Assembly (NCBI GenBank): GCA_001774395.1 | Contig: MEZX01000002.1 | Span: 226,753 to 273,095 of the forward strand | Reading direction: 5' to 3' | DNA length: 46,343 bases | DNA from: Candidatus Berkelbacteria bacterium RIFCSPLOWO2_01_FULL_50_28 | GTDB taxonomy: Bacteria; Patescibacteriota; UBA1384; 2-12-FULL-50-11 | Part shown: one piece after another, positions 33,601-41,428 of the stretch | How positions within the stretch are numbered: the stretch's first letter is position 1 | Layout of the letters: every line of letters begins with the position of its first letter | The notes under the pieces: generated by a model | Databases searched by the model: none | The model's input: only the letters and a program-made list of their open reading frames with translations | What the model was told of the DNA's origin: nothing | Translations under genes and position numbers: made by a program

Positions 33601-34917
33601 ATGAGCAATTACATCCGTTTGCGTGGCGGTAAGCCTCTGGTCGGTGAGATAGTCTTGCGCGGCGGTAAAAACGTTGTGCCAAAACTGATGGTTGCGGCAT
33701 TACTTACAGACGAACCGGTAATTATTCGCGACGTGCCAAAAATTGAGGACGTGGAAATTATGACTCGCCTGTTCAAACGAAGCGACGTGATCGTTGACGA
33801 GATTAGGCCTGGAACGTTGCAAATTATTGCCAAAGGAATGAAGCTGCTCTCTCGACCGGATTTGGAAGACGTGACCGGCCGTAGCCGCATCCCTATTCTG
33901 ATGTGTGGCCCAATGCTTCATCGCTTCAACCGAGCTCTTGTGCCCAAACTTGGCGGTTGCAACATCGGCCCGCGGCCGGTAGATTTTCATGTGAAAGCCC
34001 TACGTGAGTTGGGGGCGAATTACGACGAGAGTGAGAGCGGCGGGGTTTTTAAGACCAAGGGTTTACGCGGTGCGATAATAACTCTCGAATACCCAAGCGT
34101 TGGGGCGACGGAGCAGGTGATTCTGTCGACGGTGTTAGCCGACGGCGTCACGGAACTGCATAACGCCGCCGTGGAGCCGGAAATAATGGATTTGATTATG
34201 CTTTTGCAACAAATGGGGGCAATCATTTCAGTGGATATGGATCGCAACATCATCATCGAGGGCGTAGAGAAACTTGGTGGCGCCGTGCACACCGGCATGC
34301 CGGATCGTAACGAAACCGCTTCATGGGCTTGTGCGGCGCTCGGTACTAACGGCCGTATTTTTGTTCGCGGCGCCCGGCAGCTCGATATGATGACGTTTTT
34401 GAATAAGTTTCGCCAAGTTGGCGGCGGATTTGATGTGAATCGCGATGGCATCACTTTTTACCGAGAACAGGAGATATTGGAGCCGATCACCGTTGAAACC
34501 GATGTTCACCCCGGGTTTATGACCGACTGGCAGCAGCCGTTGGTGGTGGCGTTAACCCAAGCTCACGGCAAATCAGTTATTCACGAAACGGTTTACGAGT
34601 CGCGTTTCGGTTATATCGATGCCTTAAACCAGATGGGGGCAAAAATTAAAGTTTTCGAGGAGAGTGTGAAGAATATTCGTTCAAAATTTGGCAAGCGAAA
34701 TTATCGTCAGAGTGTAATGATTCAAGGTCCAACCGAGTTGCACGGTGCTGATATTACTGTTCCCGACTTGCGCGCGGGGTTCTCATATATTGTGGCGGCG
34801 CTCATTGCCAAGGGCGACAGCACGATACACGATTTCTCGATTCTCCAGCGCGGTTACGAGCATCTAGTGGCGAAACTTCAGAGCCTCGAGGCAGAAATTC
34901 TTGAAGTAAAAACTTAG
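33601..34917 (+). CDS. murA: UDP-N-acetylglucosamine 1-carboxyvinyltransferase
   Basis: 'GGKNVVPKLMVAALL', 'KLGGCNIGPRPVDFHV' (catalytic Cys) and 'VPDLRAGFSYIVAAL'. It starts 3 nt after the response-regulator stop. Confidence 0.92.
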   Translation: MSNYIRLRGGKPLVGEIVLRGGKNVVPKLMVAALLTDEPVIIRDVPKIEDVEIMTRLFKRSDVIVDEIRPGTLQIIAKGMKLLSRPDLEDVTGRSRIPILMCGPMLHRFNRALVPKLGGCNIGPRPVDFHVKALRELGANYDESESGGVFKTKGLRGAIITLEYPSVGATEQVILSTVLADGVTELHNAAVEPEIMDLIMLLQQMGAIISVDMDRNIIIEGVEKLGGAVHTGMPDRNETASWACAALGTNGRIFVRGARQLDMMTFLNKFRQVGGGFDVNRDGITFYREQEILEPITVETDVHPGFMTDWQQPLVVALTQAHGKSVIHETVYESRFGYIDALNQMGAKIKVFEESVKNIRSKFGKRNYRQSVMIQGPTELHGADITVPDLRAGFSYIVAALIAKGDSTIHDFSILQRGYEHLVAKLQSLEAEILEVKT

Positions 34918-34980
34918 ATAAAATCACCGAATAATCAAATAACCGAACAATAATCAAATTACCCAATTACCAAATACGGC
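34918..34980. repeat. left arm of the imperfect inverted repeat flanking the four-helix-bundle gene
   Basis: AAATCACCGAATAATCAAATAACCGAACAATAATCAAATTACCCAATTACCAAAT aligns in three blocks with the reverse complement of 35341-35429. The blocks include an exact 14-mer CCGAATAATCAAAT, a 12/16 match around ATCAAATT, and a 14/17 match around ATTACC.AATTA. Confidence 0.6.
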
Positions 34981-35331
34981 TTAAGCATTTTTGCGGCAGA
35001 TAGCTGTGAAAATACGTGTTAATTCTATAGCTTCATTCAGCACTAAGCTATGAGCACTTGCGACAGTTACTTCCGGTCCGAGTAATACTAGCTTTAGCCA
35101 GTAAACCGTTTCCTTGGCTTCTTTGCGGCAGATCTTTAGGCGCATTAGAAAGTCCTTCTTACCCAACGATTCGTTGGCTTCAATATAGTTAGCGCCAATT
35201 GATGACGATGAACGTATGAGCTGCTTAGAGTACTCGTGATTGATTGTATGTTTGGGTAACTGCTGAACGAAATCTCTTGTTTCTTTAGCAAATCTAAATG
35301 TCCTTTCCTCCAAGTCGAACACTCGTTCCAT
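34981..35331 (-). CDS. four-helix-bundle protein ('23S rRNA intervening-sequence protein' family)
   Basis: 116 aa. 'FRFAKETRDFVQQLPK', 'SIGANYIEANES', 'DFLMRLKICRKEAKETVYWLKL' match the remembered TIGR02436/PF05635 pattern. Confidence 0.85.
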   Translation of the reverse strand: MERVFDLEERTFRFAKETRDFVQQLPKHTINHEYSKQLIRSSSSIGANYIEANESLGKKDFLMRLKICRKEAKETVYWLKLVLLGPEVTVASAHSLVLNEAIELTRIFTAICRKNA

Positions 35332-35429
35332 TATGTGTTAGTTTTAATAATTAGGTAATTATTCGAAAATTTGATCATTCGATGTTTCAATCTTTGGTGA
35401 TTTGATTATTCGGTTATTGGATGATTATT
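35332..35429. repeat. right arm of the imperfect inverted repeat flanking the four-helix-bundle gene
   Basis: See the left arm. It contains the words TTTGGTGATT, ATTTGATTATTCGG and GGTAATT, which recur at 36858-36928 and 42719-42800. Confidence 0.6.
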
Positions 35430-36857
35430 CTAGAGGATTGGTTCTTCTTTCCAACTCAAAATCGCGAACGAGCCGGTGGTTGGGAACTGCGGCGGGGGAG
35501 ATAGGGCAAGGTAAGAATCGTAAGTTTGAATGGTATTAACATATCCGGAAACCACTGTGCCACTCCCGTTGACCCAGCTCCATGTCCACCAAGAGTTAGA
35601 GGCAACGCCGCCGTAGATGCTGATCTTCGTTTTAATATTGTTGTAATAATACGGTCGAAAAACTTTACCTTTCTGGCTTAACAGGTAGGCATCAATCTCT
35701 AAATCGCTCTCGGAGCTGGAGTTAACAACTAAGTCACTTTGACTAATTAGCCCTAAAGCTACCGAACCGTCTTTGACGGTGTAGAGGATATCGTTCTGCA
35801 GATAGATATTAGTATTGGTGCTTGGGGTGTCGGGCAATCGTCCGGAGGCCAGAGTTATTCTACCCCCGATTGTTCCCCAAACCCAGGCGTTGTCAGCGAC
35901 GTAAATAATGCCGTTTGTTGGGTAACTGCGGTTCGAATTTTCCCACAGCACGCTCTGCATTAATGAATTGTGACGACTGTGGGCGGCACAGCCACCAGCG
36001 CTGCCGTTATCTTGAGCGGAAGTGACGCGTCCGACAGTTATAGTATTGCCGGCGTTGAAGCGGATAGCGTAGCCGCTGTAAGTTTTTCGTCCCCTATTAT
36101 CCACGAGCGTTGGCAGATGAAGCCCATCGGTTTGGGCGAGGGTTTGGAGGTTGCTTAGGTCGCTGGTGAGCTGGTTGAAGTCTACCTGGGGGACGGGAAA
36201 TGTCCAGTAACTCGTAGGGCCGCCGGTGCCCCAAATGCCATTTTTGGTCTGTCCGTTACCACCAAAGCAGCTGGCCGGAACGTAAGTATTAACGGCCGAG
36301 GAGACGACGCCGTTGGCAACGCCGTCGTAGTGAATACCGCGGTTAGAATGAACCAAGCCGTTGGTTGCCTCGGTGTCACCAAACCAAGCCTCGGAGTTGG
36401 TAACGAATGAGTATTGAGCGAACGATGGAATCCCGAGCGAAGCGACAACGGTTCGTTTCTCGCCGGTTGTGGCAACGCCTTCGGCTCGAACGGTCACTGT
36501 GGCGCCGTTAGAAACCGGTGGGGTTATGGTGAGAGTGTAACTACCGATCACATTGCCGAGCGTATCTTTAAGCTCGTGGGTGTACGGTCCGAAAGGCCCG
36601 TTGCCGCTGCAGGCGTTTCCGTCGCAGTAGTCTTTATTATTGTGCGAAAGGTGCCACAGATAGTAGTTGATGCCGCCCTCGGCGACCGAGAGTGCACTAT
36701 TCGAGTTAGACTGACGTTTCACCACGGACATATTGCTGTAAGTGAAGCTGATGATGGACATGCCGATAATCATCACAATAGCGGCGAATCCTAAAATTAG
36801 CGGTAGATAGAAACCCGGGGAAAGCTTACGAATAATGATTTTGTATTTACGAGTCAT
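35430..36857 (-). CDS. PilX-N-like pilus-associated protein (large minor pilin or tip-associated)
   Basis: 475 aa. It has an N-terminal TM segment followed by 'SNSALSVAEGGINYYLWHL' (PilX N-terminal-like). The rest is beta-rich and Gly/Asn/Thr-rich. It sits at the end of the pilus operon. Confidence 0.55.
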   Translation of the reverse strand: MTRKYKIIIRKLSPGFYLPLILGFAAIVMIIGMSIISFTYSNMSVVKRQSNSNSALSVAEGGINYYLWHLSHNNKDYCDGNACSGNGPFGPYTHELKDTLGNVIGSYTLTITPPVSNGATVTVRAEGVATTGEKRTVVASLGIPSFAQYSFVTNSEAWFGDTEATNGLVHSNRGIHYDGVANGVVSSAVNTYVPASCFGGNGQTKNGIWGTGGPTSYWTFPVPQVDFNQLTSDLSNLQTLAQTDGLHLPTLVDNRGRKTYSGYAIRFNAGNTITVGRVTSAQDNGSAGGCAAHSRHNSLMQSVLWENSNRSYPTNGIIYVADNAWVWGTIGGRITLASGRLPDTPSTNTNIYLQNDILYTVKDGSVALGLISQSDLVVNSSSESDLEIDAYLLSQKGKVFRPYYYNNIKTKISIYGGVASNSWWTWSWVNGSGTVVSGYVNTIQTYDSYLALSPPPQFPTTGSFAILSWKEEPIL

Positions 36858-36928
36858 TTGGTGATTTTTTGATGATTTGGTTATTAGATTATTTTTTGAT
36901 TCTTGATTATTGTGTATTGATTATTATT
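36858..36928. repeat. AT-rich repeat-word intergenic region
   Basis: Contains TTTGGTGATT and the 16-mer TGATGATTTGGTTATT (36880-36895), which is identical to 42771-42786. Confidence 0.55.
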
Positions 36929-37510
36929 TTAGAGGTTAGTTTTAAAGTTACGCAAAGTTAGCTTCGTTGTCACGGAAATTGGGGTAGTCAGGACGCTGCC
37001 GCTGTCGAGTGCGCTGGGGCGAAATTCAACTACCTTCACGTCAGCAACAGTGACCGGAAATGCTAACAAGTTGCCGTCGCCGTCGTAATAGTTAAACAGC
37101 GGGTTTGAAGTGGAGTTGGTGATCTTTTTAAGTGGGGTGTGGTAAACAGCGTCACCCTGGTTGTATGTATAGTTAGGTGCTTGGCCAGTGGGCGGCACAA
37201 CAGAGTACTTTAACGCACCCGCAGAGATATAGAAGTTTATTTCGCTCGGTGCTACAGCCCCGGAGGACGGATAACCGCGAATCTTGAGGTTGGTCTGTGT
37301 TGTTTCGACAACCAACACTGTACTGCGCAATACTCTCGAGACGCGATCGGTGGCAAGAATCAGGTCGCTCTGAACGATCGATTTCGCCGTCAGCTCGTTA
37401 TTCTGTCTGAAGGAACGCACGATCTCTGTTGTCACGATAGTGCCGATTATGCTAAGAATGGCCATCGATATCACGAGTTCCATGAGCGTGAAACTGCCAA
37501 GTCGTCTCAT
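36929..37510 (-). CDS. type IV pilin-like protein (prepilin-type N-terminal domain)
   Basis: 'MRRLGSFTLMELVISMAILSIIG' is a G/FTLxE cleavage/methylation motif plus hydrophobic helix. Confidence 0.75.
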   Translation of the reverse strand: MRRLGSFTLMELVISMAILSIIGTIVTTEIVRSFRQNNELTAKSIVQSDLILATDRVSRVLRSTVLVVETTQTNLKIRGYPSSGAVAPSEINFYISAGALKYSVVPPTGQAPNYTYNQGDAVYHTPLKKITNSTSNPLFNYYDGDGNLLAFPVTVADVKVVEFRPSALDSGSVLTTPISVTTKLTLRNFKTNL

Positions 37511-38955
37511 GACACTACAAACCCGTCTTTTTGGGTGACGGTTTTCGAGTCGGAGGTAACAACAATATTCCAGTTACCTGTTGTTACGCCAGTTAGGTCA
37601 AAGGTCACGGTGATAGATTTCTTATTGGGGTTGACGTCGGTAGCGATCGGCACGACATTGGTTTCCCCAGTTTTTGTCAAAGCAACAGTGGAGTCACTCT
37701 CAAAATTATCTCCAGAAATAACCACCTCGACGGCAGCGCCAATCGTACCAGAGGCTGGGTCGACGCTAATAATACGCGGCCAGTCGGCAATGGTTGTAAT
37801 TGTTAGCGCTACTAGTAGCACGGAGTTAGGGTCGACTGAGACTTGCTGGTAAGGGCTTGTACTAACGATGTAGTAATTGCTGGGCACGGTTAGAGCATAG
37901 GAATCCCACTCGATATCGTTAAAGGCTGCGATCCCGCTAGCGTTGCTATTCTCGTTGTAGATATTTTTGGGAGTATCGGGGTTGGTTTGGGTAATTTTGG
38001 CACTAGTTGCCGTGACGGCAATTCCAGAGAGCGTGTCGCCCGTTTCGTCCTTGACGGTAACGTCCATTTGGGCCAATAAATCGATCGCCAGCGTCTGGAT
38101 AGTTATCTGTTGGACGTTTATATCAACATCAGGTTGGAACTGGTTGGGATTCTGAGCAGTGCGTGGTGTGGTGTAGTCTTGAGAATAGCCGTCTTTCGTG
38201 GCGACGATATGATAGCCGTTTTGGGTATCTGGTAGCATATTGGCAATGAACATATAGCCTTGAGCGTTGGTCTGGCCGACGATGTTGACCTGAACTTCGG
38301 CGTTACTAACCGTGACTGTCGCTCCAGAAACCGGAAGTCCGTTAGCGTCAAATACTTTGACCAGCAGCATCCCAGTATTACTGGGCGTTTCGGCCGCTTT
38401 AGCGGCAATATTGCTGGAGAGCCTGGAAAGAATGATGGTCGTGCCGTTTTGTGACACCTCTATGTAAGCTCGTTTATAATCGACTGGGACTAGATCCTGC
38501 GTGGTGGAAATTGCGCCGTCCGTACACTCGTACGAGCCCCCTCCAGCTGGAATGGCACAGCCATCAAACAGGTCGTCGACAAAGATAATTCTCGTTGTCA
38601 GCACGAAGGTGCGGCTGCTACGTGCAATGGTTTGAGTGTCGGGAATATTCCCTTGCGGTAAGATAGTACCGTCCTGGGTGGACAGCGAGTCGTAGGGTAG
38701 GCTTCGCAGGTACTCCATCTGCTCGTTGGCCAGCGCGGCAGCCGATGTCCGAACCCGGCCAGAGTCGACTGTCTTCAGGGCGATGATAAAGCTTGTTGCC
38801 AGGGTGGCCAAAACAGCCGTTACGATTACGGCGTCAACTATTACCTCGATCAGGGTAAATCCACGTCGGTGTTGTTTGGAGCCGAATCGACGATGCTGGG
38901 GGTTAGTCTGCAGTGGCAAACGGATTGGTGCGCCCAAAATTACCCTCCTTTTCAA
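37507..38955 (-). CDS. large pilin-like protein with CarboxypepD_reg-like and IPT/TIG-like Ig domains
   Basis: 'RRGFTLIEVIVDAVIV' is a prepilin motif that follows an unusually long leader. 'VFDANGLPVSGATVTVSN...TNAQGYMF' is CarboxypepD_reg-like. 'PRIISVDPASGTIGAAVEVVISGDNF' is IPT/TIG-like. The start is uncertain and the gene overlaps the pilO-like gene by 53 nt. Confidence 0.65.
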   Translation of the reverse strand: MKRRVILGAPIRLPLQTNPQHRRFGSKQHRRGFTLIEVIVDAVIVTAVLATLATSFIIALKTVDSGRVRTSAAALANEQMEYLRSLPYDSLSTQDGTILPQGNIPDTQTIARSSRTFVLTTRIIFVDDLFDGCAIPAGGGSYECTDGAISTTQDLVPVDYKRAYIEVSQNGTTIILSRLSSNIAAKAAETPSNTGMLLVKVFDANGLPVSGATVTVSNAEVQVNIVGQTNAQGYMFIANMLPDTQNGYHIVATKDGYSQDYTTPRTAQNPNQFQPDVDINVQQITIQTLAIDLLAQMDVTVKDETGDTLSGIAVTATSAKITQTNPDTPKNIYNENSNASGIAAFNDIEWDSYALTVPSNYYIVSTSPYQQVSVDPNSVLLVALTITTIADWPRIISVDPASGTIGAAVEVVISGDNFESDSTVALTKTGETNVVPIATDVNPNKKSITVTFDLTGVTTGNWNIVVTSDSKTVTQKDGFVVS

Positions 38956-39670
38956 TATCGGGAACGGTCGAGTACTGTTTTAGGCTACCGAAAAGCTGAC
39001 GGGCTTTGCTTAATAACTCGGAATCGGTCCCAGCAAAACTACTCTCCGTGACTCCGGGGCGAGAGAAAACCTGGGAAGACACTGTAACGCTCATCTTGTC
39101 GGAGGCGTTGGCGATATCAATTGAGCTTATCTTGTTCCAGCGAGAGAAGCTCCAGAGGCGACGGATTAGGCTATTTACTTGGGAGAATGAGATCTCCCCG
39201 GTGATACTGAATTCGGCACCCTTACTACCTGTTGCCGGTTCAGAGACCACGATAGGCTGTGACGAACTGACCGGTCCAGGGGAAACATCATCGCCCGAAG
39301 TGGCGGGAGGAGTGCTCTGGGTGCCGACGGTGCTACTTTTGTCGAACGGAACGATGATAGTGGCGTCTAAGCCCAAGTCTTTCGTTAGGGCGTAAAGCTG
39401 AATGAGGAGGTTTTCTGGGTCGGTGGTTATTGGTAGAGCGGCCGTGGCGGCGGCGAAAGTTGTCTCCAGTGAAGTCTGATCGTTAGAGAGTTGCTGGACG
39501 GTGGCCAGAAATTGTTTCTTGCTCTCCAACTGCTCGGTTGTCGAAGCGATCTCGTCGGTAGTAGCTCGGTAACTGGTCATCATCGGTAGTAGGACAAACC
39601 AAATCAGTCCGACTGAAACTAGGAGAAATACAACTGTAGAAATCCAGAAACCCTTACTTCTAGCCAACAT
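38903..39670 (-). CDS. pilO: PilO-like pilus assembly protein
   Basis: Single N-terminal TM, then a coiled-coil ('TDEIASTTEQLESKKQFLATVQQL'). The call rests on its position after pilN. A low-complexity Ser/Pro insert is present. Confidence 0.55.
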   Translation of the reverse strand: MLARSKGFWISTVVFLLVSVGLIWFVLLPMMTSYRATTDEIASTTEQLESKKQFLATVQQLSNDQTSLETTFAAATAALPITTDPENLLIQLYALTKDLGLDATIIVPFDKSSTVGTQSTPPATSGDDVSPGPVSSSQPIVVSEPATGSKGAEFSITGEISFSQVNSLIRRLWSFSRWNKISSIDIANASDKMSVTVSSQVFSRPGVTESSFAGTDSELLSKARQLFGSLKQYSTVPDIEKEGNFGRTNPFATAD

Positions 39671-40227
39671 TATTTCGTTCCCTCGTCTTTGGGTGTGAAA
39701 GTCGTTTCAATTGTGAATGAGAAACTACTGCCGTCTTCGGTCTTGGTCTCGTTTATTGAGGTGATAACAGGTAGGGCAAGGCCAGCGATGGTGGCGAGTT
39801 TGTCACGGAAGAGCACTACTTCTCGCGAGGTGGCGGTTTTACCACCGATCGAAACAGTCGCTTTATTGCCGGTAGTGACTTTTAGCGAGGTTATTTGGGT
39901 GTTGGCAGGAGTAGACTTGGCGATTTTTCCCAACAGTTCGTCCCAGTGATAACTCTCACGATAGCTGGCAGCGGATTGTAACCGATTCTCGATAAAGGCG
40001 GCCTTGAGTAATAAACTTTGGTTTTGCTTTGACTGAGTGATGGTATTGGCCAGCTCGGTTTTCACGCCCTGGAGCTCGTTCTCTTTCATTAATTTAGACG
40101 TAGTTAGCCAAGCCACCCCAGCGCCTAGAGCTAGAAGCAGGAACACGTAAACTAAGATCAGCTTATAGACTGCCTGTTTGGCGACAAGGCGATCTTTTGT
40201 TTCTTGCGGCACGAGGTTGATACTCAT
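39670..40227 (-). CDS. pilN: PilN-like pilus assembly protein
   Basis: 'MSINLVPQE' (INLLP-type motif), one TM and a coiled-coil. Overlapping starts and stops link it to pilM and pilO. Confidence 0.65.
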   Translation of the reverse strand: MSINLVPQETKDRLVAKQAVYKLILVYVFLLLALGAGVAWLTTSKLMKENELQGVKTELANTITQSKQNQSLLLKAAFIENRLQSAASYRESYHWDELLGKIAKSTPANTQITSLKVTTGNKATVSIGGKTATSREVVLFRDKLATIAGLALPVITSINETKTEDGSSFSFTIETTFTPKDEGTK

Positions 40228-41378
40228 GCGACCCTCATTGCTAGCCCAATGGCATCAGCGAAAGTGTGAGCCATCTCGGGGGGTACTTTGTACCGTCCGG
40301 TATCAACACTCGTGAAGGGCGTTGAAAGCGCTACCGGCAGGCCGGTTTCTTGGTGAAAAACATCAACGACGTTGGGGATGGTAGCGCCGGAACCGCTAAT
40401 TATCAGCTCCTCAATCTTATGACCCGGGCAGATTCTGTTTTCAAAAAATTTACTGATATGGACCAGCTCGTCGAACACTGGGGCGGCTTTGTCGCGCAGG
40501 TTCTCGACAGGTTCGGTTATTACATTGGTGATGGCGTGAATGCCCCAAGGAATCGTCGCGGTTACCCGAAGGCTTTTACCTTCGAGGATTGAGGCGCTCG
40601 TTCCTCCCATACCCATATCAACCAGCAGTCGAATCTTGCCGTCTTCGTTTTTCACGGCGGCTCGGGCGATCGCTCCTGGTTTAACATCAATTGCTGCTAA
40701 CTCAAGACCAGCTTTCTCGCAGAGCTCCAACAGCGAATCGATCAAGCTTTTTTTAGCGGCGACAGCGAAGATTGTTAGCCTCTTAGCTGGATCGCCCGTT
40801 TCTGCGGTCGGGGCGGCGCTGTCTTCTGGTTTAGTGGTCGTTCCGTCGGATTTACCCTGTTTACCCCGAGCGTTGTCGAGGGGAGCGGACTCGGAGGATT
40901 TGCCCTGAGCGGAATCGAGTGGTTGAACGGGTTTTGTAGCCGGTGTTTTTTCACCTGGTTTTGTTGGGGCTGGGGCGCTGTTTTCTATGGGTCGGCATTT
41001 TGAAGTAACCTCCTCGTAATCGAAGCAGTATTCTTCAAGGTTAATTGAAAGCTTTTCGGCAATTTCAAACGGCAAGGCTTCTTTTAGCTCGTGCGGCGGC
41101 AGGTCCTGAAAGGGGAAAGTGGCAGAAAAAATGACCGACTCAGGCAGGGCAACCATCGCTCGTTTGGTGGTAATTGGGTGCGGGTGCGCTTCTGCTAAGG
41201 CTTGACGAATAATCGCGGCAATTTTGTCTACATCCACTAAGCCGTCGGTTTTCCAGGGGTTTACCGGTATCTTGGCCAGCGCCATGCCACCTAATTTCCA
41301 ACCCGCACCAGCTCGAGCCAGACTGGCCAGCTTTGCTGTTTCGTATCCTATGTCTACACCTACCACGCTTTGAGCCAA
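40224..41378 (-). CDS. pilM: PilM (actin-like ATPase-fold pilus assembly protein) with a low-complexity insertion
   Basis: 'VVGVDIGYETAKL' is the phosphate-1 motif, with 'LLVDMGMGGTS' and 'ISGSGATIPN' later. TTG start with GGAGGG 6 nt upstream. Confidence 0.8.
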   Translation of the reverse strand: MAQSVVGVDIGYETAKLASLARAGAGWKLGGMALAKIPVNPWKTDGLVDVDKIAAIIRQALAEAHPHPITTKRAMVALPESVIFSATFPFQDLPPHELKEALPFEIAEKLSINLEEYCFDYEEVTSKCRPIENSAPAPTKPGEKTPATKPVQPLDSAQGKSSESAPLDNARGKQGKSDGTTTKPEDSAAPTAETGDPAKRLTIFAVAAKKSLIDSLLELCEKAGLELAAIDVKPGAIARAAVKNEDGKIRLLVDMGMGGTSASILEGKSLRVTATIPWGIHAITNVITEPVENLRDKAAPVFDELVHISKFFENRICPGHKIEELIISGSGATIPNVVDVFHQETGLPVALSTPFTSVDTGRYKVPPEMAHTFADAIGLAMRVA

Positions 41379-41428
41379 AGTTATCCCTCCTTAAATCATC
41401 TTAGTTATTAACCGCATAGTTGCCAAGG

